Assembly (NCBI GenBank): GCA_963851265.1
Contig: CAWKNZ010000007.1
Coordinates: forward strand, 192,001-256,000
Length of the DNA stretch: 64,000 nt
From: an uncultured Gemmatimonadales bacterium
GTDB taxonomy: Bacteria; Gemmatimonadota; Gemmatimonadetes; Gemmatimonadales; Gemmatimonadaceae
Direction of reading: 5' to 3'
Under the pieces are notes generated by a model. It had not been told where the DNA came from, searched no databases, and saw only the letters and a list, made by a program, of their open reading frames with translations. This document shows, piece after piece, positions 11,323 through 21,448 of this stretch. How positions within the stretch are numbered: position 1 is the first letter of the stretch; each line of letters opens with the position of its first letter. The position numbers and the translations under genes are program-made.

Positions 11323-14300
11323 TCACCACGACGACGCGACGCGTTCGCGCGGCCGCCGGCGGGGCAATCCTGACCGCGGCGGCTCTGCTTTCGGGCGGCT
11401 GCGGCGAGGACCTGCACACCGGACCCGAGAAGTTCCACGCCACCCTCGAGCCGCGGAACTGGGCCGACACCCTCGTCGTGGGCGACGGGCGCCCGGTGGC
11501 GGTCCGCGTGATCGACGACAAGGGGCGGGAGGTGCTCGACGCGTCCGTCCACTGGGCGGTCGCCACGCCGACGATCCTCGGTGCCGCGGCCCTACGCGCA
11601 CCCGTGTCGGCAGGCGCGGCTTCTGAAAGCGTCGCCGCGGGAGGCGTCGATGCTCAGGGCGGCGACAGCGTGCACGTCGACGCGCGCCAGCCGGGCGCCA
11701 CGGACGTCGTGATCACGCTCACCGATCCGCGGTTCTACCCCACCGCGATGACTCGCCGCGCGACCGTGGTCGTGGCCGGGGTGCGCGCCGCGAGCGCGCG
11801 CGACACGACGATCACGGCACTCGGCGACACCGCCGTCGTACTCGGCACTGGCCTCGTCCGCTCGACGAGCACGTCCGGCGCCCTCGTCCCGCGGGCGGGG
11901 CTCGGTGTCCAGTGGACGCGCGTCGGCGCGGGCGCGGTGCAGTTCGCCGGGCCGGTGGGTGACTCCGTGCGCGCCGTTGGGCAGCAGGGCGGCACCGACA
12001 CGCTCGTCGCGACGCATCCGTTCTGCCTCGCCGGCGCGCGCTGCGCGGATACCGTTCTCGTGCACGTCGCGCAGCGCGGATCGCTCGGCGTCAATGCGCC
12101 GGATTTTCGCGCGTGGAGCTTCGGCGATTCCGTCGTGCCGACGGTCGTGCTGCAGGATGCGCGCGGCCACGCCGTCGCGGGCGCTACGCTGCAGGCCGCG
12201 CCGCTCACCGCGGCCGACTCGGCCATCGTGAGCGTCGGCGCCCCCGCTGCCCAACTCGTGCAGGGTGCCGCGCCGAGCGCGGCGCCGGCCCTGCGCGCCG
12301 TACGCGCCGGCGCGAGGGTCGCGGCTCTCCGCGCCGGCCTCGCCCCGACGCCGTTGCGCATGGTGGTGCGGTCGACCGCGGCCTCCACGCCGGCGGCCTC
12401 CTTCACGCAGGCCGCGCCCGTCGCCGTCGCGCCGCTGGTGGCGCAGGGGAACGGGACGGCGCGGGTCGCCCTCCGCGCCGTCGCCGCCGACGGCACCGTG
12501 CTCGCGGTCGACACGATCGCGGTCGTGGTGCGGCAGATCGCCGCGGTGGTGCACGTGACGCCGCCGCAGTCCCTGCTCACGCCCGGCGACTCGATCCCGG
12601 TGCGGATGGAAGCGCGCGATGCGCGCGGGTACGTGATCGCCGACGCGGCGTTCGTGCCCGCGGCCGCCGGTGTCACCGTTTCGGCCGCGGGCATCGTGCA
12701 CGTCGCGCCCGGCGCCGCGGCCGGCACGGCAAGCGTGCTCGCCGCCGTCACCGGCCCCGCCAATCCAGCCGGGTACACCGCGGCGCCGATCCAGGCGCCC
12801 GCCCAGGACACGGCGTGGGTGCGCGTGCGCACGCCACCCGCGATCGTCGCAGGCGACACCACCGGTACGGCGCTCGACGCGCCCGTGTTCAGCCCCGACG
12901 GGCATCCCGTCGCCGGGGCGTGGGTGCGCTTCGTCGTTCCGGCGGGCCGCGTCACGCCGGACTCCGCGCAGACGGGCAGCGACGGCGTCGCGCACGCGGT
13001 GTGGAACCTGCCGACGCGCGCCGGTTCGTACACCGCGTCGGCCGTACTGTTAGGCATCGCGCAGGGCGCGGCAGGCGCCGGGCCGACGGCTGGCGGCGCG
13101 TCGGCGTCCGACTCGGCCGGCCGTATCGTGCTGCGTCGCACGCTCGGTGTGCAGCCCGGTGCGGCGGCCGCGCTGGCGTTGGCGGCCGCGCCGCCCGCGT
13201 CGGCGGCCGCGGGCGCGATCCTCGGCGCCGCTCCGGCGGTTCAGGTGACCGACTCGTCGGGGAACCCGGTGCACGTCGCCGGCCTTCCGGTCGTCGCGTC
13301 GTTAGGCGCCGGCGCGGTCGGGACGCTCGCCGGCACCCTCACCGTGCCGACGGATTCCGCCGGCGTCGCGCACTTCGCCGACCTCGTGCTGAGCGGCGCT
13401 GCCGGGGCACGTACGCTGCGCTTCAGCGCGCCGTCGCTCGCGCCGGTGACCTCGGGCGCGATCGTGGTCACGGTCGGCTCGGTCAGCGCCGGGCAGATCG
13501 TCGTCACGCTCTCCGCTCCGACGGTCGCGAGCGGCGCGACGGCGACGGTGACCGTCACCCCGCGCGACGAGGGCGGCAACCCGATCGGCGCGGGGCGCAC
13601 CGTCGTGATCTCCGTCGGGGGCGGCGCCGGGAACGCCGCGGCGAGCACCGCGACGGTGTCGGCCGTCCGCGACGCGGGCGACGGCACCTACGTCGCGACG
13701 CTGACGGGCGTGCGCGCCGGCAGCGCGGTCCCGATCAGCGCCACCGTCGACGGCGTGGCCGCGACCAGCACGCCGGCGCTGCAGGTCACCGGAGGCACGG
13801 CCGCGCGCTTGACACTCTCGCCGGCCACGCTGCACTTCGCCTCGCTCGGCGCCACGGCGACGTTAACGGTCACGAGCGCGACGGACGCGGCCGGGAACGC
13901 GGTCCCGACCATAGGCCTCGTCTGGTCGTCGGCCAGCGGCGTGGCCGCGGTCGTCGGCGGCGGTGACGCGACCGGGACCGTCACTGCGGTAGGCGGCGGC
14001 ACGACCACGATCACCGCCACCCTCGGCACCGTGACGGCCACTTCGGCCGTGACCGTGCAGCAGGTCACGGCGCAGCTGGTGCGCGTCGCCGGCGACGGCG
14101 GAACGGCCGTCCTCGGCACCGCGCTCCCCACGGCGCCGTCGGTGCGCGCGGTCGACGCGGGTGGCGCGAACGTGGCCGGCGTGCCGGTGACGTTCTCGAT
14201 CGGCACCGGCGCCGGACCGGGCGCGACCATCGGTGGCGGCACCACGCAGACGGTCACGACCGGCGCGAACGGCGTCGCCACGGCGGGCAGCTGGACGCTC

Positions 14301-16256
14301 GGGACCGTCCCGGGCGCGTACGCCCTCGCGGCGAGTGCGCCTAACGTGGCGACGGTCGCCTTCTCGGCGACGGCCACCGCGGGCGCGGTGAACGCGTCGC
14401 AGTCGACCCTCACGCTCTCCGCCGCCGCGGTGGCGAGCGGCGCGACGGTGACCGCGACGGTCACGCCGAAGGATGCGTACGGCAACCGCGTGGGCGCCGG
14501 CCACGCGGTCGCCGTGATGTTCGGGAGCGGCTCGCCGGGCGCAGGTGTCGCGACGGGCACCGTCTCCGCCGCAACTGACCGCGGCGACGGTACCTACGCG
14601 GCCACCATCACCGGCGTGCGCGCCGGCACCGCCACGGCGGTGACTGCCACGGCCGACGGGACCGCGATCCCGGCGACCGCGCCCACGCTCACGGTCACGG
14701 CCGGCGCCCCCGCGGCGCTTGCGGTCACGGCGGGCAACGCACAATCGGCGACGGTGCTCACGGCGGTCGCGATCGCTCCGGCGGTCACGGTGACCGATGC
14801 CGCCGGCAACGCAGTCCCAGGTGTGAGTGTCACCTTCGCCGCCGGGACCGGACAGGGCACGCTCACGGGTGCGACGGCGACGACGAATGCGTCGGGTGTC
14901 GCGACGCTCGGCAGATGGACGCTCGGGCAGACGGCGGGCGCGCAGGCCATCACGGCAACGGTGACCGGTGTCGCGCAGGCCGCGACCATCGGTGCGACGG
15001 CGGTGGCCGGTGCGCCGTACCAGATCGTGATGGGGCGTGATTCGCTCTCGCTCGCGGCGCTGAGTGCGGGCGACACCGTGACCGCGGTGGTCAAGGATGC
15101 GGGCGGGAACGTACTGTCTGCCGCGACCGTGACGTGGACGCTCTCGACAACCGGCCCCGTGTCGCTCGGTACGAGCGGAACGCGCCCCGACGGGACGAAG
15201 TGGGTCGGCATCACCTCGACCGGGAACGGCGCGACGCAGATCCGGGCGGCCGTCGGCGGCCTGCAAGGGGTGACGGCCGCGGCCGTCCGCCAGATCGCGA
15301 CGCAGATCGCCGCGACCGGGCCGAGCGTCGCGATGGACATCGGAGACACGACGTCGCTCGCCGTCACCGCCACGGATGCGAACGGTGTCACGGTTCCGCG
15401 CCGCCTGCTCACGTTCACTTCGACCAACGGCGGTGTGGTGCTGGTCGACACGCTGGGGGCGCTGCGCGGCATCGCCCCGGGCACGGCAGCGCTCACGGTC
15501 TCGAGCGGCGTCGCGGGCGGCGCGTCGGCTACGACGAGCGCGACCACGGTGACGACGACCATCGCGTACCATGACTTCTGCACCCTGGCGGGCCTGAATA
15601 CGAGCGGTTCGACGACGCGTTCGGGGTGCGCGATGCGCCTCACGGGCACTTCGGCGAGTCAGACGGGCGGCGTGTGGCAGCCGGTCGCGCAGAAGCTCTC
15701 CGCGAGCTTCGAGACCACGTTCAAGTTCCAGATCTCATCGCCGGGCGGCTATTCGCCCGGGGGCGCCGACGGGCTCGCACTGGTCATCCAGAGCACGAGC
15801 AACACGGCGACCGGGCAGTACGGCGGCGGCATCGGGTACCCGGGGTTGACCAACGCGCTCGCCATCGAGCTCGACACCTGGCAGAACACCGAGAACAACG
15901 ATCCCGACGCCAACCACGTCGCGGTGCAGTCGTGCGGCACGGCGGCGATCACCGCGGTTCACAACACGGCCACTTCGGGCAGCGGCTGCACGTGGGGTTC
16001 GCCCGTCACGCCGAGCATCAACTTCAAGGACGGGCAGGTGCACACGGTACGGGTGACGTACGTCCCGGGCGCCCTCTCGGTCTACTTCGACGGTGCGACG
16101 ACGCCGGCAATCACCTCCGCGATCACGCTGACCAACGTGAAGGGGAACAGCATCCTCGACGCACAGGGTCGCGCGTGGATCGGCTTCACGGGCGCGACGG
16201 GCGGGGCGTGGGAAAACCACGACATCCTGACGTGGAACTTCACCCCGTCGCCGTGA
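11319..16256 (+). CDS. giant lipoprotein adhesin: bacterial Ig-like (Big/invasin-type) repeats plus C-terminal legume (L-type) lectin domain
   Basis: Lipobox LLSGGC; Ala/Thr/Val-rich Ig repeats (TVTPxDxxGN...DxGDGTYxATxTGVRAG; TDAAGNAVPGVSVTF...TNASGVAT); C-terminal GADGLALVIQ, GGGIGY, AIELDTWQN, DPDANHVAV, DGQVHTVRVTY, AWIGFTGATGG. Confidence 0.88.
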   Translation: MITTTTRRVRAAAGGAILTAAALLSGGCGEDLHTGPEKFHATLEPRNWADTLVVGDGRPVAVRVIDDKGREVLDASVHWAVATPTILGAAALRAPVSAGAASESVAAGGVDAQGGDSVHVDARQPGATDVVITLTDPRFYPTAMTRRATVVVAGVRAASARDTTITALGDTAVVLGTGLVRSTSTSGALVPRAGLGVQWTRVGAGAVQFAGPVGDSVRAVGQQGGTDTLVATHPFCLAGARCADTVLVHVAQRGSLGVNAPDFRAWSFGDSVVPTVVLQDARGHAVAGATLQAAPLTAADSAIVSVGAPAAQLVQGAAPSAAPALRAVRAGARVAALRAGLAPTPLRMVVRSTAASTPAASFTQAAPVAVAPLVAQGNGTARVALRAVAADGTVLAVDTIAVVVRQIAAVVHVTPPQSLLTPGDSIPVRMEARDARGYVIADAAFVPAAAGVTVSAAGIVHVAPGAAAGTASVLAAVTGPANPAGYTAAPIQAPAQDTAWVRVRTPPAIVAGDTTGTALDAPVFSPDGHPVAGAWVRFVVPAGRVTPDSAQTGSDGVAHAVWNLPTRAGSYTASAVLLGIAQGAAGAGPTAGGASASDSAGRIVLRRTLGVQPGAAAALALAAAPPASAAAGAILGAAPAVQVTDSSGNPVHVAGLPVVASLGAGAVGTLAGTLTVPTDSAGVAHFADLVLSGAAGARTLRFSAPSLAPVTSGAIVVTVGSVSAGQIVVTLSAPTVASGATATVTVTPRDEGGNPIGAGRTVVISVGGGAGNAAASTATVSAVRDAGDGTYVATLTGVRAGSAVPISATVDGVAATSTPALQVTGGTAARLTLSPATLHFASLGATATLTVTSATDAAGNAVPTIGLVWSSASGVAAVVGGGDATGTVTAVGGGTTTITATLGTVTATSAVTVQQVTAQLVRVAGDGGTAVLGTALPTAPSVRAVDAGGANVAGVPVTFSIGTGAGPGATIGGGTTQTVTTGANGVATAGSWTLGTVPGAYALAASAPNVATVAFSATATAGAVNASQSTLTLSAAAVASGATVTATVTPKDAYGNRVGAGHAVAVMFGSGSPGAGVATGTVSAATDRGDGTYAATITGVRAGTATAVTATADGTAIPATAPTLTVTAGAPAALAVTAGNAQSATVLTAVAIAPAVTVTDAAGNAVPGVSVTFAAGTGQGTLTGATATTNASGVATLGRWTLGQTAGAQAITATVTGVAQAATIGATAVAGAPYQIVMGRDSLSLAALSAGDTVTAVVKDAGGNVLSAATVTWTLSTTGPVSLGTSGTRPDGTKWVGITSTGNGATQIRAAVGGLQGVTAAAVRQIATQIAATGPSVAMDIGDTTSLAVTATDANGVTVPRRLLTFTSTNGGVVLVDTLGALRGIAPGTAALTVSSGVAGGASATTSATTVTTTIAYHDFCTLAGLNTSGSTTRSGCAMRLTGTSASQTGGVWQPVAQKLSASFETTFKFQISSPGGYSPGGADGLALVIQSTSNTATGQYGGGIGYPGLTNALAIELDTWQNTENNDPDANHVAVQSCGTAAITAVHNTATSGSGCTWGSPVTPSINFKDGQVHTVRVTYVPGALSVYFDGATTPAITSAITLTNVKGNSILDAQGRAWIGFTGATGGAWENHDILTWNFTPSP
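13476..15010 (+). repeat. internal Ig-domain duplications in the adhesin (A..B-A-B)
   Basis: A units at ~13476-13793 and ~14382-14706 (TLSAxxVASGATxTxTVTP...GDGTY...GVRAG); B units at ~14073-14380 and ~14712-15010 (AGxxxxAxxxTA...GVxVTF...GVATxGxWTLG). Confidence 0.75.
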
Positions 16257-16270
16257 TCGGAGCCGACGCG

Positions 16271-16792
16271 ATGATCCGCGCGTACGCCGCCGCCGTGTTC
16301 CTTACCGGAACCGGCGTCGGCGTGCCGGCCGGACGCGCGCCGGCCGCCCTCCCCGCGCCCGACGACGCCCGGGTCGCGGGCGTCTACCGCCTCGAGCGCG
16401 TCAACGGGCGTGCGCTGCCCGCGGCCGACCGCCTCGTCGGCGCGGCCGGCTACGAACTCGTCGGCCGGGTCGACCGGGTGCTGCTCAACCTCCACCCGTC
16501 CGGCCGGTTCACCGTCGACGTGCACTACCAGTACGCGCACGTGGTTGCCGGCACGCCGTTGCCGATCGGCGACGACTGGTCGGACGCCGACGCGCGCGGA
16601 AGCTGGACGGTGCGTGACGGACATCTCACGCTCCGCCCGGATCCGTCGAAGCGCGGGCACACGCCCCCGGCACTCGCCGGCGACTGGAAGCGGGACCGCA
16701 TCGTGATGGACCTTCGTTACGCGGGCCGCTACACCGCAGGCCGGGAACGGCAGTACGTCGTGCGCCTCGAGCGCGCCGCGAACGTGTTCTGA
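16271..16792 (+). CDS. hypothetical exported protein, lipocalin-like fold possible
   Basis: VAGVYRLERVNG...GSWTVRDGHLTL pattern; alternative GTG at 16253 overlaps the adhesin stop. Confidence 0.6.
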   Translation: MIRAYAAAVFLTGTGVGVPAGRAPAALPAPDDARVAGVYRLERVNGRALPAADRLVGAAGYELVGRVDRVLLNLHPSGRFTVDVHYQYAHVVAGTPLPIGDDWSDADARGSWTVRDGHLTLRPDPSKRGHTPPALAGDWKRDRIVMDLRYAGRYTAGRERQYVVRLERAANVF

Positions 16793-16851
16793 CGGCTCGA
16801 CCCGAAGCGGCCCGTGTGACACCGCGGCGTCTGGCGCGTCGGAGGGAGAGT

Positions 16852-18723
16852 GTGGCGACCACGCCACACCCCCCCTCGTCGCATCCGACCTCCCCACCGC
16901 CGGTCCCGCCTCGCGTGCTCGTTGCCCCCGCCGCCATCGCCCTCGTCCGGCGTGCGTTCGCGCTGTTCGTCCGCCCCAACCGGCGCCGCGTCGCGATCAC
17001 GTTCGCCGGCGCGCTCAGCGTCGCGGTCGCCGCAGCGGCCGAGCCGCTCGTCTTTCGCTCGCTCGTCGACTTCCTCACGAGCGCGGCGCGCGCGGGTGGG
17101 GTGGGCGCGTCGCCGGCGGCGCTGCGTGGACTCGCGCAGGCGGTGGGCGCGATCGCGGTCGTGCTCGCGTGGCGTACGCTCGCCGGCGCGCGCGTCACCG
17201 TGGCGACGTGGCAGGTGCGGCTCGGCGTCGAGTACCAGCTCCGCCGACACGTCGCGGCCAAGCTGAGCGTGCTCTCGCCGCACACGCAGGCCGAGATCGG
17301 CACGGGCGGCCTGCGCTACGCCATCGAGAGCAGTGCGCCGCAGACCGCGGGCGCGTTCACGGACGTCGCCTACCGCCTGTTACCGACCGTCGTCTACGTC
17401 ACCGTCGCGGCGTGGGGCATGTGGCGGCTGCAGCCCGCGCTCGCCGCGGCCGTGCTCTGCCTCGTCCCGATCCCGGCCGCGCTCGCCGCCGCCGCCGCGC
17501 CGCAACAGGCCGCGCGCGACGCGATGCACCACACGTTCTGGACCCGGCTCTGGGCCTGGTACGGCGAGGTGCTGCACGGAATGGGCACCGTGCGCGCGTT
17601 CACCAACGAGCGCGCCGAGGAGCACCGCTTCCTGCGCCGCACGCGCTGGGCGTTCGCGAGCATCCGCCGCGGGGTGCACTCCGACGCCCGCGTCACGGCC
17701 GCCGCGGGCGCGGCCGAACTCGTCGCGCGCCTCGCGGTGCTCGGCTACGGCGGCTGGCTCGTGCTCCGCGGCGCGCTCACGTTAGGCGCTCTCCTCGCGC
17801 TGTGGGGCTACGTCGGCGGCGTGTTCGCGCCGGTGTCGCTGCTGGTCGAGACGTACCCGGCCGTGCGCAAGGCCGTCGTCGCGCTCGAGTCGGTGTTCCG
17901 AGTGCTCGACGCCGAAGAGGAGTCGCCCGACCTGCCCGACGCCGTGCCCGCGCCCGTACTCCGTGGGCGCGTGACGTTCGAGAACGTCCGCTTCTCGTAC
18001 GACGGCGCGCGCGCCGCGCTCGACGGGCTGCGCGTGGACGTCGCGCCGGGCGAGACCGTCGCGCTCGTCGGCCCGTCGGGCGGCGGCAAGTCGACCGTGC
18101 TGCGCCTGGTGCAGCGCGTGCACCAGCCGACGAGCGGGCGGGTTCTGCTCGACGGCCATGACCTGCGCGGGCTGCAGGTGGCGAGCGTCCGGCGCCAACT
18201 CGGCGTCGTGCCGCAGGAGGTGGTGCTCTTCGCGGGTTCGATCGCCGCGAACATCGCGTACGGGCGTCCGACGGCCACGCGCGCCGAGGTCGAGGCGGCC
18301 GCGCGTGCCGCGAACGCGGACGAGTTCATCCGGGCCATGCCCGGCGGCTACGAGCATCGCGTGGGCGAGGGCGGCCGCGGACTCTCGGGCGGTCAGCGCC
18401 AGCGGATCGCCATCGCGCGTGCGTTCCTCGTCGACCCCGCGGTGCTCCTGCTCGACGAGGCCACGGCCGCGCTCGATGCAGAGAGCGAGCGCGCGGTGCA
18501 GGACGCGTTGCGCGCGCTCCGGCGCGGGCGCACGACGTTCGTCGTCGCACACCGTCTCAACACCGTGCGCGACGCCGACCGGATCCTCGTCGTGCAGGGC
18601 GGCCGGATCGTCGGCGACGGGCCGCACGAGCGCCTGCTCACGGACTGCCCCACGTACGCCGCGCTGGTCGCGCAGCAGCTCGGGGCGGCGGAGCGACCGC
18701 CGGCGCTGCGACTGGCCGCGTGA
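16852..18723 (+). CDS. ABC exporter, fused permease/ATPase (MsbA-like)
   Basis: TM domain plus GPSGGGKS, LSGGQRQRIAIARA, LLLDEATAALD, VAHRL; GGAGGGAG RBS before GTG 16852. Confidence 0.93.
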   Translation: MATTPHPPSSHPTSPPPVPPRVLVAPAAIALVRRAFALFVRPNRRRVAITFAGALSVAVAAAAEPLVFRSLVDFLTSAARAGGVGASPAALRGLAQAVGAIAVVLAWRTLAGARVTVATWQVRLGVEYQLRRHVAAKLSVLSPHTQAEIGTGGLRYAIESSAPQTAGAFTDVAYRLLPTVVYVTVAAWGMWRLQPALAAAVLCLVPIPAALAAAAAPQQAARDAMHHTFWTRLWAWYGEVLHGMGTVRAFTNERAEEHRFLRRTRWAFASIRRGVHSDARVTAAAGAAELVARLAVLGYGGWLVLRGALTLGALLALWGYVGGVFAPVSLLVETYPAVRKAVVALESVFRVLDAEEESPDLPDAVPAPVLRGRVTFENVRFSYDGARAALDGLRVDVAPGETVALVGPSGGGKSTVLRLVQRVHQPTSGRVLLDGHDLRGLQVASVRRQLGVVPQEVVLFAGSIAANIAYGRPTATRAEVEAAARAANADEFIRAMPGGYEHRVGEGGRGLSGGQRQRIAIARAFLVDPAVLLLDEATAALDAESERAVQDALRALRRGRTTFVVAHRLNTVRDADRILVVQGGRIVGDGPHERLLTDCPTYAALVAQQLGAAERPPALRLAA

Positions 18724-18879
18724 CGTAGCGCGCGGTCCGGCGCCCGGGCCGCGCGATCCGACGCGCCCGCCGCCGATGCGGGCGGCGGCCGGTCTTGCGG
18801 GCGGGTGCCGCGCGCCGTACAACAGCGCCGGGGGAGCCTGCCGCGCCCCGCCTGCGTCCGCCACCCCGACCCGCCGCCC

Positions 18880-20238
18880 ATGCCGCCTGTCGGTCCCCGC
18901 ACGGCCCTCGCGCCGGGCGAGCGCGTCTGCATCGTGGGTGCGGGGTGCTCGGGGATCGCCACGGCCAAGGCTCTCGCCGAGCGCGGCGTGCCGTTCGACT
19001 GCTACGAACAGGGCTCGGCGTTAGGCGGCCTCTGGCCGTACGAGAACGACAACGGCCGGAGCGGGGCGTACGAGTCGCTCCACCTCGACTCGAGCACGCG
19101 GAACACGCAGTTCTCCGACTTTCCGATGCCGGAGAACTACGCCGACTTCCCGCAACACGCCGACGTGCTGCGGTACCTCGAAGCGTACGCCGAGCACTTC
19201 GGCGTGACGCCGCACGTCCGCTTCCGCACCGACGTGGTGCGCGTCGTCCCGACCCGCGACGCGGCCCGGAACTCGAGCGCGATCGCCTGGGACGTGACCC
19301 TGCGCGACCGCGACGGCGCGCACGAGACGCGGCGGTTCGGGGCCGTCGCGGTGTGCACGGGGCACCACTGGAACCCGCGCGTCCCCGACTACCCGGGCCA
19401 CTTCGACGGCGAAACGCTGCACTCGCACGACTACCGCCGTCCGGACGCGTACGCGAAGCGGCGCGTGCTCGTCGTCGGCATCGGCAACTCCGCCGTCGAC
19501 ATCGCGGTCGACCTCGTGGGTGTGGCCGGACGCGTGACGCTTTCGACGCGCTCGAGCGCGTGGATCGTCCCGAAATACCTGCTGGGTCGTCCGGCCGACC
19601 GCTGGATCACGCGCGCGAGCGAGCGCGTCCCGCGGTGGATCCGGGCGTGCGCGTACCGCGTGCTCGTCTACCTCGCGGCCGGCGACCAGACGCGCCACGG
19701 CATCCTCGCCGCGCACCCGACGCTGACCCAGGACCTGCTCACACACGTCGCGCACGGGCGCGTCGCGGTGCGGCCGAACGTCGCCGAGTTGGACGGATCG
19801 GAGGTCGTGTTCGAGGACGGCACGCGCGAGCCGTTCGACGCCATCGTCTATGCGACGGGGTACCGCGTGACGTTCCCGTTCCTCGCGCCCGACGTGGTCG
19901 CGGTCGACGAGAATCGCGTGGCGCTCTATCAGCACGTGGTCGAGCCGCGGGTCCCCGGGCTCTACTTCGTCGGGCTCGTCCAGCCGGCCGGGTCGGTGGT
20001 CCCGATCGCCGAGCGGCAGGGGCGGTGGGTCGCCGGGCTCGTCGCCGGCGACTGGATCCTGCCCGACGTCGACACGATGCGGCGCTCGATCGCGGCCGAG
20101 GCCCGGGCGGTCGCCGCGCGCCACCGTGCGTCGGCGCGGCACGCGATGCAGGTCGACTTCTGGACGTACGCGGGCCAGATCGAGCGCGAGATGCGCGACG
20201 GCGCGCGGCGGATCGGCGCGCGCCGCGCCGTCGCCTAA
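18880..20238 (+). CDS. flavin-containing monooxygenase (class B FMO)
   Basis: GAGCSG (FAD), FDGETLHSHDY FMO fingerprint, GIGNSA (NADPH), YATGY. Confidence 0.92.
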   Translation: MPPVGPRTALAPGERVCIVGAGCSGIATAKALAERGVPFDCYEQGSALGGLWPYENDNGRSGAYESLHLDSSTRNTQFSDFPMPENYADFPQHADVLRYLEAYAEHFGVTPHVRFRTDVVRVVPTRDAARNSSAIAWDVTLRDRDGAHETRRFGAVAVCTGHHWNPRVPDYPGHFDGETLHSHDYRRPDAYAKRRVLVVGIGNSAVDIAVDLVGVAGRVTLSTRSSAWIVPKYLLGRPADRWITRASERVPRWIRACAYRVLVYLAAGDQTRHGILAAHPTLTQDLLTHVAHGRVAVRPNVAELDGSEVVFEDGTREPFDAIVYATGYRVTFPFLAPDVVAVDENRVALYQHVVEPRVPGLYFVGLVQPAGSVVPIAERQGRWVAGLVAGDWILPDVDTMRRSIAAEARAVAARHRASARHAMQVDFWTYAGQIEREMRDGARRIGARRAVA

Positions 20239-20257
20239 CGCGGAATCGCGTCCCGCG

Positions 20258-21184
20258 TCAGTGTGCGGGCCACAGCCACGCCGCGCCGCGCACGCCGCTG
20301 GAGTCACCGTGGAGCGCGCGCACGACGCGCGTGGCGAGCGGCGGCGCGCCCGCCGCCCCGCCCGTGGCGGAGAAGACGTTCGCCCCCAGTCGCGCCCCCG
20401 CGGCCTCGGCCATGCCGGGCACGTTCGACATGCCGCCGCCGAGCACGACGACGTCGGGGTCGAGCAGGTTCACGACCGTCCCGAGCGCGCGAGCGAGCCG
20501 GTCGTGGTAGCGCTCGAGCGACGCGACGGCCCCGGGTTCGCCGCGGGCCGCCGCCGCGACGATCTCGACGGTCGTGCGCGATTCCCCCGTGTGCGCGGCG
20601 TGGTCGCGCGCGAAGGCCGGCCCCGACACGAACTGCTCGACGCAGCCGGTGCGGCCGCAGTAGCAGGGCGGCCCGGGCAGCTCGTCGGCGCGCGCCCACG
20701 GCAGCGGGTTGTGGCCCCACTCGCCGCCGAGCGAGTTCGCGCCGGTGAGGCAGGCGCCGTCGACGACCACGCCGCCCCCCACGCCGGTCCCGAGAATCAC
20801 GCCGAAGACCACCGGCGCGCCGGCGCCCGCGCCGTCGGCCGCCTCGGAGAGCGCGAAGCAGTTGGCGTCGTTGGTCAGCCGCACGCGGCGGCCCAGCGCG
20901 AGCGCGAGGTCGTCGCCTAACGGACGGCCGTTGAGCCACGTCGAGTTCGCGTTCTTGACGAGGCCCGTGGCGGGGACGACCGCGCCGGGGATTCCGATGC
21001 CGACCGGCGCGTCACCCGCCACGTCCGCGGCGCGCGCGACATCCGCGACGAGGGACGCCACGGCGGCGAGCGTTCCGGCGTAGTCACGCGGCGTCGGTAC
21101 GCGCCGCCGAACCACCTCGCCGCCGTCGTCCGCGAGGGCGAGCGCTTCGATCTTGGTACCGCCGAGGTCTATGCCGAGCCGCAT
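20258..21184 (-). CDS. mak: ROK-family fructokinase/manno(fructo)kinase
   Basis: MRLGIDLGGTKIE, NDANCFALSEA.DGAG, ILGTGVGGG, GEWGHNPLPW, CYCGRTGCVE, HGDSSGVRGAAWLW. Confidence 0.9.
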   Translation of the reverse strand: MRLGIDLGGTKIEALALADDGGEVVRRRVPTPRDYAGTLAAVASLVADVARAADVAGDAPVGIGIPGAVVPATGLVKNANSTWLNGRPLGDDLALALGRRVRLTNDANCFALSEAADGAGAGAPVVFGVILGTGVGGGVVVDGACLTGANSLGGEWGHNPLPWARADELPGPPCYCGRTGCVEQFVSGPAFARDHAAHTGESRTTVEIVAAAARGEPGAVASLERYHDRLARALGTVVNLLDPDVVVLGGGMSNVPGMAEAAGARLGANVFSATGGAAGAPPLATRVVRALHGDSSGVRGAAWLWPAH

Positions 21185-21448
21185 CTCGCGCGTGGGTGTG
21201 ATGGAAACGGGGCGGACGCACCGATAATGGCTGAGTCCGCCGTGTCTGGTCCGCCGGCTGCGGAAAGCTACGTCGGCGTCGGCACCTCGGGCCCCTGCCG
21301 CGCGCGGGCATGCGGCCGTCGCCCGGCGCGGCCGGTCCTGCCCGAACGACGGCCGAACCCGCCATTTGCGCGGTGCGTAGCACCGATAATGCTCGGAGGG
21401 CTCGCCTATGCGCGGCGAACGGCACGCGCCCGTCTCAACCCACGAGAA

